Part shown: in pieces, positions 24,421 to 32,368 of the stretch
Layout: each line of letters starts with the position of its first letter
How positions within the stretch are numbered: position 1 is the stretch's first letter
Assembly: GCA_963758295.1 (NCBI GenBank)
Contig: CAVWUU010000001.1
Coordinates: forward strand, 448,001 to 512,000
DNA length: 64,000 bases
Direction: 5' to 3'
Source: Candidatus Eremiobacteria bacterium
Lineage (GTDB): Bacteria > Vulcanimicrobiota > Vulcanimicrobiia > Vulcanimicrobiales > Vulcanimicrobiaceae
Made by a program: the position numbers and the translations under genes
Notes under the pieces: generated by a model
What the model saw: only the letters and a program-made list of their open reading frames with translations
What the model was told of the DNA's origin: nothing
The model's database searches: none

Positions 24421-24716
24421 AGGTAACAACTGTACGCTATAAAATCGCGCCTGATCGCGTGCAAGAAAACGTCCGTTTCGTCCGTGCGGTTTTCTCGCAA
24501 CTCCACGAGACGTCGCCGAGTGGACTGCGATACGCGTGCATGAGGGCAGGTAACGGCTCATTCATGCATATCGTTTGCACCGATGACGACGCCGCCGACG
24601 AGTCGCTGACGTCACTTCAATCGTTTCACGACTTTCGCGTGGGCTTTGAGGATCGCGCCCTCGAGCCACCGACCTTCACGGAGCTTGAGGTCGTCGGAAA
24701 CTACGGGCTCTTCTGA
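24417..24716 (+). CDS. ABM-like dimeric alpha/beta barrel hypothetical protein
   Basis: ATGA-coupled to the sigma gene; VRYK..VQEN..VRAVF..L..P.GLRY..FMHI..EVVGNY. Confidence 0.7.
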   Translation: MKVTTVRYKIAPDRVQENVRFVRAVFSQLHETSPSGLRYACMRAGNGSFMHIVCTDDDAADESLTSLQSFHDFRVGFEDRALEPPTFTELEVVGNYGLF

Positions 24717-24729
24717 GCTGGGCCACACG

Positions 24730-24915
24730 ATCCTCACCGCTGTCACGCCTCGTTCACCGGAATACTCGATCGGTCGCGCGCACTTCTTGATGCAAAACGC
24801 ACTCATCGCCGCGCAAACCGTTGCCGCCGAAGGGGCCACGTACATGGCGCTTGGCAACGCGCGTATGCCGATGATCGACGGGCGCGATATTCGCGAAGCC
24901 GCAGCGCGCCATCGG
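24730..24915 (+). pseudogene. NmrA-like SDR fragment
   Basis: FLMQN...EGATYMALGNARMPMIDGRDIREAAA resembles the NmrA-family 'FMQN..G..ID.RDIA' region; no start or N-terminus. Confidence 0.5.
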
Positions 24916-24965
24916 ATTGTACACTAACCTAAATGTTCTGACGCAAAGCGCGGATCGGGAATCAG

Positions 24966-25196
24966 ATGAAAACTATGACTTGTAGTGATCTTGGCGGAAT
25001 TTGTGACGTAAAGTTGTCCGCTCGCACGTGGGACGAAATGGTAACGACCATGACAGAACACGTGATCGGAAATCATCCTGGCGTCGTTCAGCATATGGAA
25101 AAGATGCACAACGAGGATCCCGGGAGATGGTCTAGAGAGACGAAACCCAAGTGGGACGCCATAATGCCATCGGCGATAGACCGCCGGATCCCTTGA
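24966..25196 (+). CDS. DUF1059-like small metal-binding protein
   Basis: MKTMTCSDLGGICD..TWDEMV..MTEHV..H pattern. Confidence 0.7.
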   Translation: MKTMTCSDLGGICDVKLSARTWDEMVTTMTEHVIGNHPGVVQHMEKMHNEDPGRWSRETKPKWDAIMPSAIDRRIP

Positions 25197-25277
25197 GAAC
25201 TGCGTGAGCCGGTTCGCCACGGATGGCGGAGCCGCAGATGAAGAATCGTACCGTCTCGTTTTTAAGCATCTGCATGC

Positions 25278-26675
25278 TCACGGCTTTTTCGGCTGCGTGA
25301 TCTGCGCGTTAGCGTAATGACTCCCGATCGCGCCGTCGCGAATGAAGTCGGCCATCATCTCGAAATACTCCGGCGCAAAGCGCGTCGAGAGACGCTCACC
25401 TTTTGCATTCAGCTCGTATAACGTCATTCCATGTTCCGCGCCGGGATAAACCGCGAGCGTGTATGCCCTTCCGCCGGCAATCAAGGACTTTATGCGCTTT
25501 GCCGTTACAGCGCTTGGAGCGTCTAAATCGTCGGCGCCGAGTACCCAAAGCTGCGGCGTCGTAGACTTCCTTAAAACCGGCATGGGTTGGTACTCGAACG
25601 GAGTTGTGTTCACACCGTACTCCTTGGCCGCCTCAACGATCTGCTTCTCGTTCAGAGGTAAGACGATGAAGAGAAAGTCGCCATGTACATCCTTGTACCA
25701 GCGCGCTGACCTATACTTCCGGCGCAAGCTATCGAACTTATTGTAGCCTTGTCTCCCGCCGGTCTCGACGACGTATTCGCCGGCGCGCGCAAGTTCTAGC
25801 GCCTTAGCGGTATCTGCAGCCGAGCGGTGGTGTAAATACATGTCGAGGGCGACGCTTTCCTGATCTTCTTCTAATACCGTAACGGCAAGTCCAAAGCTCA
25901 CAATCGCGAAATCGACATGAGCATGACTCGCCGCGATCGGTACGACCCACCCGCCTTCACTACCGCCTTGATAGCCGATGCGCCCAAGGCGCGAACCGGT
26001 GAGGCGTTTGGCTTCGTTCAGCGCGGCGACGGCATCCTCGGCAAGAACTTCGAAATTTTGCGTGTAGGTGCCGCCGGATGCGCCGGTTCCGCGCTTGTCG
26101 TACACGAACGCGCCAATACCCTTCGCGGGGAACATTCGTTGTAACGCGTAGAAGTCAAGAGCCGAATCGTGCTCTGAACCATGCACCAAGACAACGACCG
26201 GTATTTTTCCGTGACCTTTCGGTAGAATCAGCCGGCCGGCGAGCTTCGTGCCGTTGCTAAAGAAGGTGGTATTGGTCACATCGAATGCGATGCGCGTACC
26301 GTGCTCCTCTCCAAAAACGATCTTACCTTTGTTGCAATTGGAAAACGAAACGGTCTTGCCGTCCGGGCGACCGGTCCAGCCATAGGTACTCGTCCACGTA
26401 CCGTCCTTCTGCGGATGAAGCTGCCCTGTCTCGCCGGTGAACATACGCCACCGTAGCGTGCCCGCATCAGACGGCGCGATATCGACGGTTTTACCGTCGC
26501 TCAGCCCATAGGAGCCGATGTGACAATCTTTCATCGTATCGGTCGCGGCCCCGGCGGTCAGCGGCGGCGCCACGCAGATCAGGGACGAGATAATCGCGGA
26601 CAGCGCCGCAGCAATCAGTTTGCATTTCACGCTTACCTTACGCCCGTGTTGGCATGTGTGTTTCACTCTCGTCAC
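25278..26675 (-). CDS. Secreted alpha/beta hydrolase (S9/S15-like)
   Basis: VLVHGS, YDKRGTG, GGSEGG nucleophile elbow, GADD and GAEHG; signal-like N-terminus. Confidence 0.85.
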   Translation of the reverse strand: MTRVKHTCQHGRKVSVKCKLIAAALSAIISSLICVAPPLTAGAATDTMKDCHIGSYGLSDGKTVDIAPSDAGTLRWRMFTGETGQLHPQKDGTWTSTYGWTGRPDGKTVSFSNCNKGKIVFGEEHGTRIAFDVTNTTFFSNGTKLAGRLILPKGHGKIPVVVLVHGSEHDSALDFYALQRMFPAKGIGAFVYDKRGTGASGGTYTQNFEVLAEDAVAALNEAKRLTGSRLGRIGYQGGSEGGWVVPIAASHAHVDFAIVSFGLAVTVLEEDQESVALDMYLHHRSAADTAKALELARAGEYVVETGGRQGYNKFDSLRRKYRSARWYKDVHGDFLFIVLPLNEKQIVEAAKEYGVNTTPFEYQPMPVLRKSTTPQLWVLGADDLDAPSAVTAKRIKSLIAGGRAYTLAVYPGAEHGMTLYELNAKGERLSTRFAPEYFEMMADFIRDGAIGSHYANAQITQPKKP

Positions 26676-26729
26676 TCTGGCGACTCGACCGCGTTACTTC
26701 AGCTTTGCGTCGTCAACCATTCTCGCCGC

Positions 26730-26990
26730 TATGGCCGAGACGTTTGAGTTCCAAGCGACGAAGTGAGACGTTCTGCAAGACCGTTGGTAAGGACGACGGT
26801 TGCGCCGTCTTCGTCCGTGCGGAACACGGTTACCCCGAGTGTTCCAGAGTTGCAATCGTAGACGGGGCCGGGTGGCCGAAAACATTGTGGCGGCCGACCG
26901 AGATGATTGCGTATCGCGGGTGCACCGCGGCGATGAACTCCGGAGAAGAGCTGTATGCCGATCCGTGATGGCCAACTTTCAGAACATCGG
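26730..26990 (-). pseudogene. comEC: comEC 3'-end copy (DVLKVGHHGS to stop)
   Basis: Translates DVLKVGHHGSAYSSSPEFIAAVHPRYAIISVGRHNVFGHPAPSTIATLEH / VFRTDEDGATVVLTNGLAERLTSSLGTQTSRP*, closely similar to 32319-32580. Confidence 0.9.
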
Positions 26991-27177
26991 GGCTCTGGGT
27001 TGTTAATTAATTTGCGCGCTTGTTAAGGCGCGGCTTTTTGCGGTTTGCGTGCTAAATTCGGGGACTTGCGTGTTTTACTCGCGCAGCGGCTTCATGCGGC
27101 CAGCCAACCTCGAGTGGTATGCGTGTGCAATGGGTCGCAGCCAAGGAGCCCCGCTTTCTCGCGCTGCACCTGGTTGC

Positions 27178-27850
27178 ATGACAGCAAAAGAGGATCGAAA
27201 TCTGCGAGACAGGCTGGTCTTTGCGCGAGTCGGGTGGTGCAGGCTCTACAATGAAACTGCGGGCGACGAGCCGCTGCAAGGCGGCTCCCACAATAACGAC
27301 GAGGTCGGATCTGAGTTCGCCAACTTTTCAGTCGTTAAGGGTCGCGTGTACGGCTACGTGCGGCTTGGCTACGATGGCCAAGTGGTCCGCGTCATGGGTT
27401 CGCCGGACGCTGAAGTGGACGACGTGCCCATTGCGCTTTTCGCGACCGTATACGTTTGGCCGGGCTCGGCGAAGGACGCCATTCTTCTTCCCGTTCGCGA
27501 GCGCCGGTTGACCATTCCGAAGGGTAAGGGTGGAACCGGCCAGGCAAACGTAACGTATTCGCGCAACGCCGTCGGTCGGCTACGTAACGTTCCATGGATC
27601 AGTGAGGTACGTCGGTTCATTCAGTCGTACGACGGACCGTCGTTGGTGGGTCTAAGAAATGTTCAGTCCAACGAAGAGATAGTGGCGGACGAAGCGGAGG
27701 CGTTGCTCCGTGGTCAGAACATCATGCAGAACGCGCAGATGCGCGCAAGCATCGAGGACTACGCTATGCGGAAAGTGCGCGCGGCTCTGCGAAACGACGG
27801 ATACGAGGAAGTAGAAGACGTACACGATTGGCAATCGTTCGACTTCTGGT
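27178..27850 (+). pseudogene. Truncated putative nuclease with DUF3883/NOV-C-like start
   Basis: IEDYAMRKVRAALRNDGYEEVEDVHDWQSFDF resembles the DUF3883 N-half; the sequence switches to antisense comEC before the expected (D/E)xK motif. Confidence 0.55.
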
Positions 27851-27977
27851 GTCGCGTTCTATTCTCGCAGTCTGCCGTGCGTCGTTATACGCATAGCCGC
27901 CATAGCGTTGACCGCTATCGCAAACTCCGACACGGGAAAATCGCGCAAAACGACGGGCGCACCGCCGACGTGGTCGC
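27850..27977 (-). pseudogene. comEC: comEC fragment starting at DHVGG
   Basis: DHVGGAPVVLRDFPVSEF/DSGQRYGGYAYND matches comEC DHVGGCAPVLRALRV.EIADSGQSYGGHAYHD. Confidence 0.85.
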
Positions 27978-28100
27978 ATAAAATCTTTCAGGCACACGAC
28001 CGCGGGAGCGCATGCGCCGTATGCCACAGAATAAGGCATCATGAAGGCTGCCGACACCTAACGAACGGTCGATCGTACATTACGAGGGAGGATCTTAACC

Positions 28101-29675
28101 ATGCGTCCTGTCCGCACTATTACCGCTCTAGCTTTCATCATTGTTGCTAGTCTGTGCTGTTTAGCCGTGGCAGAAGCGTCGTGCGGGCCGGCAGATCCAA
28201 CCGGGTACTACGAGGGCACCGCCCAGAGTAAGGAGGCCGGAGCGCTGAAAGTCACTATGAACCTGCGGTGCGACGGCCGTCGTTATAACGGCAGCATAGT
28301 TACGCCGGTTGGTACGTTTGCAATCGTCGACGGCAGCTACACGAACGGAACCCTCAGCTTGCAGTTCGGCGGTGGCGCCATCAATGATCGGGGGACACTG
28401 AACCTACAGATTAACGGGGATAGCGCCATAGGGTCTTTCAAACTCGCCGCCGATTCGGGCTCTTTTGCGTTAACGCGATTGGGGGATGCTCACGTGCTAG
28501 CATCGGTGACGCCCGATCTCGATATCACAAGGCAGCAGTGGCATGAGGACCTGCGGTTCCTAATGTCAGAGCTTACGACTAAACACGTCCAACCGTTCGC
28601 GTACACGTCGCGCCAAACGCTGCTGGACGACTCGGCGGCACTCGACCGGCAATTGGGCACGCTGAACTTCGATGAGATTTATATGGGCATGGATCACATA
28701 GCCAATCTTATCGGGGATGGCCATACATACGTGGAATTCCCGCCCGATCTCGCACTTTTTCCGATGCAGCTGCAGCGCTTCAATAACGATTACCGGGTTA
28801 TCGAAGCGACCGGAGAGGGCAAGAATGTACTTGGGATGCGCGTGGTGGCAATAGACGGAGTGCGCATTCAAAAGGCGCATGATGAACTTCTTGCAGCTAT
28901 CACGCCCATCGGTGAGACGAAGATACTTCGCGACGTACGGGCGCAGAATTTTTTGACCATCGGAATGGCGCTGCATGGAATCGGCATCATTTCCGAGCGC
29001 GATCGCGCAACGTACACGATTGAGGATGATTCCGGCCGCGTAAAGCAGGTAACTTTGAACGCGCTCTCGCCCGCACAAGCGGACGCGGCTCAGTGGAAGT
29101 GGGCATGGCAAAAGCGTCCACTGTTTCACCAGCGGCGAGACGATGATTTTTGGTACACGTATCTGCCGCACGCGAAGGCAGTATACCTCAGTTTTAGGGG
29201 CTACGAGAATCTGCCGTCGCTCGCTCCACGGTTCATGGATTTCGTGAAAACGAAGCGGCCCGCCAAAGTGATAGTGGATCTCCGATTGAACAGCGGTGGC
29301 GATTATAAAGCAGGTTTGAAGTATCTAGTCGACCCCATTGCCGCACTTTACAGCATAAACCGGACGGGGCATTTGTTCGTACTCGTGGGGCCGAACACGT
29401 TTTCCGCTGCAATGTCAAACGCGGCGCAGTTCCGGACCAAAACGCACGCGCTTTTAGTTGGCCAAACCATTGGCGAGCGGCCAAACAGCAACCAAGAAGC
29501 AAATGAGGAGCGGCTGCCCAATTCGCATCTGCTGCTTCGGTACTCGACGCGGCACTACGCATTCTTGCCGGGGAAGATCAATGAGATCGTTCCCGACAAG
29601 CAAATCATTCCCGCGTGGCCGCCGTTCCGATCTGGACGTGATCCGGTTTTGGAGTGGGCGTTAGCAGCGTACTAA
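28101..29675 (+). CDS. Secreted S41-like (tail-specific) peptidase
   Basis: GGAGG RBS, signal peptide, W.EDL..L...H, DGHT, IVDLRLNSGG and TFSAAM. Confidence 0.8.
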   Translation: MRPVRTITALAFIIVASLCCLAVAEASCGPADPTGYYEGTAQSKEAGALKVTMNLRCDGRRYNGSIVTPVGTFAIVDGSYTNGTLSLQFGGGAINDRGTLNLQINGDSAIGSFKLAADSGSFALTRLGDAHVLASVTPDLDITRQQWHEDLRFLMSELTTKHVQPFAYTSRQTLLDDSAALDRQLGTLNFDEIYMGMDHIANLIGDGHTYVEFPPDLALFPMQLQRFNNDYRVIEATGEGKNVLGMRVVAIDGVRIQKAHDELLAAITPIGETKILRDVRAQNFLTIGMALHGIGIISERDRATYTIEDDSGRVKQVTLNALSPAQADAAQWKWAWQKRPLFHQRRDDDFWYTYLPHAKAVYLSFRGYENLPSLAPRFMDFVKTKRPAKVIVDLRLNSGGDYKAGLKYLVDPIAALYSINRTGHLFVLVGPNTFSAAMSNAAQFRTKTHALLVGQTIGERPNSNQEANEERLPNSHLLLRYSTRHYAFLPGKINEIVPDKQIIPAWPPFRSGRDPVLEWALAAY

Positions 29676-30347
29676 CCTCGCACGACGTTCCGTCGCTTAT
29701 GATGGATATAGCGCCGTTTTCGTCGCTGCGGAAGACTCACACGCCGAAATGTTCGATTTCAAGCGTCGAGGACGCCGGATAGCCAAACGTGTTGTGGCGG
29801 CCTACTGAGATGATCCCGTATCTTGGATGAACCGCTGAGACGAATTGGGGCGACGAACTGTATGCTGAACCGTGATGGCCGATTTTGAGAACGTCGGAGA
29901 CCTGCGTGGCTTATTGGACGACTTGCGTGCTAAATTCGCCGTTGAATTCTCCGTTTGACAAAACCGGGTCGACCTTGATCACCCACAGTAGAACATCGGC
30001 ATGCAGATCGATGCCTTCGTCCAAAAAGCGACGGTCGGCCGCGACGCCGGCATCGCCGGTGAAAAGCATCCGAAAGTGTTTGTATTCAAGGACGAATGCA
30101 ATCGAGTTATCGTTGATCGCGTTTCTTCCGTCGATGAACGGAAGCGACGGTCCGATGAACGTTAGCATCAGGCCGTCATCGGTCCGCCAGACGTCGCCCG
30201 CTCGGGGTTGAACGACGGGCACATAATTTGTTTCGGCGGTTTCGAGGCAGTCGTGGTATCCATGTCCGCCGTAGACTTGTCCGCTATCGGCAATTTCAGC
30301 TACGCGTAATCGCCGCAGCACCGGCGCGCAGCCACCGACGTGATCTC
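29676..30347 (-). pseudogene. comEC: comEC 3'-half copy (DHVGG to end), interrupted at DVL by an ~92-bp insert
   Basis: DHVGGCAPVLRRLRVAEIADSGQ...FTGDAG...HADVL | insert | DVLKIGHHGSAYSSSPQFVSAVHP...; internal stop near the end. Confidence 0.9.
29888..29999. mobile_element. Scar of an element integrated at the comEC DVL site, with a 10-bp direct repeat
   Basis: AGAACGTCGG (29888-29897) and AGAACATCGG (29990-29999) flank non-comEC DNA containing TTGCGTGCTAAATTCG, which also occurs at 27045-27060. Confidence 0.75.
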
Positions 30348-30369
30348 ATAAAATCTTCCACTCACACGC

Positions 30370-30410
30370 TTGACAGCCGAGAAACCCTGTGTATACTGTG
30401 CATATAGACA
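30370..30410 (+). promoter_or_regulatory. Sigma70-type promoter with overlapping YtrA/GntR-type operator
   Basis: TTGACA-N16-TATACT; inverted repeat TGTGTATA-N7-TATAGACA; ATG at 30410 gives a near-leaderless transcript. Confidence 0.7.
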
Positions 30411-30800
30411 TGCACAGTGGTTTCGTCATCTCCCGGTCGGATGGCCGGCCGATGTACCTCCAAATCATTGAGCAGATCAAGGAGCGGATCGCGGTCGGCG
30501 ACTGGCCTCGAGGGGCGGAGATTCCTTCGATTCGTCAGCTAGCGGCGTCGCTTCGCGTGAGCGTCATCACGATAAAGCGCGTCTACGAAGAGCTCGAGCG
30601 CGAGGGCGTGATCGTCACGCAACAAGGCAAACCATCGACCGTGTCCGACGACGCCAACGTCGGGCGCGTCGAACGACAACGATTTGGTCCAGCATATCGA
30701 GCAAGTCGCCCGGCTTGGAACGTTGCTTGGATTTTCCCCAAACGAGTTGGGCGCGCGAATGCGCGACGCCGCTGTACGATTGACGGAGGAAGCCCGATGA
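30410..30800 (+). CDS. GntR family regulator, YtrA subfamily (one frameshift)
   Basis: PMYLQIIEQIK..IPSIRQLAASLRVSVITIKRVYEELEREG; the alternative frame ends DLVQHIEQVARLG..LTEEAR*. Confidence 0.85.
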
Positions 30801-31696
30801 ACGACGAGTTAGCGGTTTGTTTTGAAGGCGTCGGAAAGAAGTATCCGCACTTCACACTCGACCATATCGATCTCGAACTTCCGACCGGCCACATCATGGG
30901 GTTCATCGGTGCTAATGGTGCCGGCAAGTCCACGACATTCGAATTCTCATGGGCCTCGTTCGCCAGGATCGCGGCTACGGTTCGCGTTCTTGGGCATCCG
31001 ATGCCCGCGGAGCTCGTAGCGGCAAAACGTGATATTGGCTTCGTTTCCGAGGACATGCGGCTTTACAAGGGCGCGACAATCCAATGGCACATGGACTTCG
31101 TGCGATCGATCTTTCCGAACTGGGATGCGTCCTATGCACACGCTCTACTTAAGCGGTTTGACATCACGCCGCAACAAATGGTGAAGGGTCTTTCGCACGG
31201 CCAGCGCGTAAAGGCTGCGCTTCTCCTTGCGCTTGCGCGGCGGCCCAAGCTGCTTGTGCTTGACGAGCCTACCACGGGGCTCGATCCGGTGGCCCGCCAA
31301 GAAGTATTAGGCGCGCTGATTGAGGCACTCGTGGACGAAGAACGAACGGTGCTCTTCTCGTCCCAGAATACGATCGACGTCGATCAGATTTCCGATCGCA
31401 TCACGTTCATCGATCGAGGACGCATCGTGGACTCGGGCGACAAAGAAACGTTCCTCGATCGCTGGCGACGCATCCGCGTCGCAGTTCCCGACGGTGCGAA
31501 GATTCCATCGCTTCCCGGAGTCGTCGATGTGACCACCAGTGGACGCATAACGGTGTTGACGACTAACCGCTTTGATCCAGACGTATCGGCTGCCTTCGAG
31601 AACACGGGCATCGTGGTGCATGCGATCGACACGATGACGCTTGAAGAAATTTTTCTTTCCGAAGTAAACGGCCGCCGAGAGCGGGAGGCAGCATGA
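30797..31696 (+). CDS. ABC transporter ATP-binding protein
   Basis: GANGAGKST Walker A, LSHGQ signature, LLVLDEPTTGLDP. Confidence 0.9.
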   Translation: MNDELAVCFEGVGKKYPHFTLDHIDLELPTGHIMGFIGANGAGKSTTFEFSWASFARIAATVRVLGHPMPAELVAAKRDIGFVSEDMRLYKGATIQWHMDFVRSIFPNWDASYAHALLKRFDITPQQMVKGLSHGQRVKAALLLALARRPKLLVLDEPTTGLDPVARQEVLGALIEALVDEERTVLFSSQNTIDVDQISDRITFIDRGRIVDSGDKETFLDRWRRIRVAVPDGAKIPSLPGVVDVTTSGRITVLTTNRFDPDVSAAFENTGIVVHAIDTMTLEEIFLSEVNGRREREAA

Positions 31697-32368
31697 GTTT
31701 CTCAATGGTTCAAAGGCTGGTCGCTAAGGATTGGTATCTGTTGCGCCTGCCTCTCGTCGGCTACGTTAGTGGAGGCGTCCTAGCGCGTGCTCATGTTGGC
31801 GACGGGCGGCGAAGCGATGTTCAACGTTGGGACCATTCTGATCATCACGCTCCTCATCGCTTTGGGAATGCATGTGGTGATGGCGACGGTTGTCGGTGAG
31901 CGCATGGAACATACGCTGCCGTTCGTTATGAGTCTCCCGGTTTCAATTGCGCAGTACACCCTGGCGAAGATCGTCGCGAATGGTTCACTGTTTCTGAGCG
32001 GCTGGCTGCTGCTGTCGGTTGGCGTCTCCAGCGTTATCCTACTTCGCGCCGGCGTGCCGCACGGGTTGTTCGTCTTTTCGACGATTATGCTGCTCTATAT
32101 GCTGGCGAGTTATACGGTGCTTCTCGCCGTTGCAATCATTACCGAGTCCATGGCATGGACGATCGTAACGGTAATCATCGGGAACTTGTGCCTCAACTTT
32201 CTGATGATGGGGATGTCGCAAGTGCCAAGCATCAAGGATGCTACGACGTCAGCTCACGTTACTTGGAGTGCTCAAGCAATCGAGGTCGTCGCGTGCGAGT
32301 GTTTCGCCATGCTCGTTGCTATGGCCGTAACATTTGCGTTCCAAGCAAGGAAGTCAGATTTTCTCTGA
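31693..32368 (+). CDS. ABC-2 type permease (frameshifted)
   Basis: LVAKDW start, ER..TLPFVMSLPVS..Y.LAK, several TM helices; ATGA overlap. Confidence 0.8.

Larger units (their letters stand above)
27978..30347. mobile_element. comEC-targeted cassette 2 (att-like arm + S41-like peptidase + comEC tail), no integrase
   Basis: Bounded by two equivalent DHVGG junctions; left end ATAAAATCTTTCAGGCACACG (27978-27998). Confidence 0.7.

Noticed and set aside
27971..27998. dif/Xer site (TGGTCGCATAA resembles the XerC arm)
   Set aside because: There is no XerD-like TTATGTTAAAT arm, and the second copy matches less well.
30389..31696. GntR-ABC ATPase fusion (435-aa ORF)
   Set aside because: One indel explains it; the alternative frame ends with an ATGA overlap at 30797-30800.
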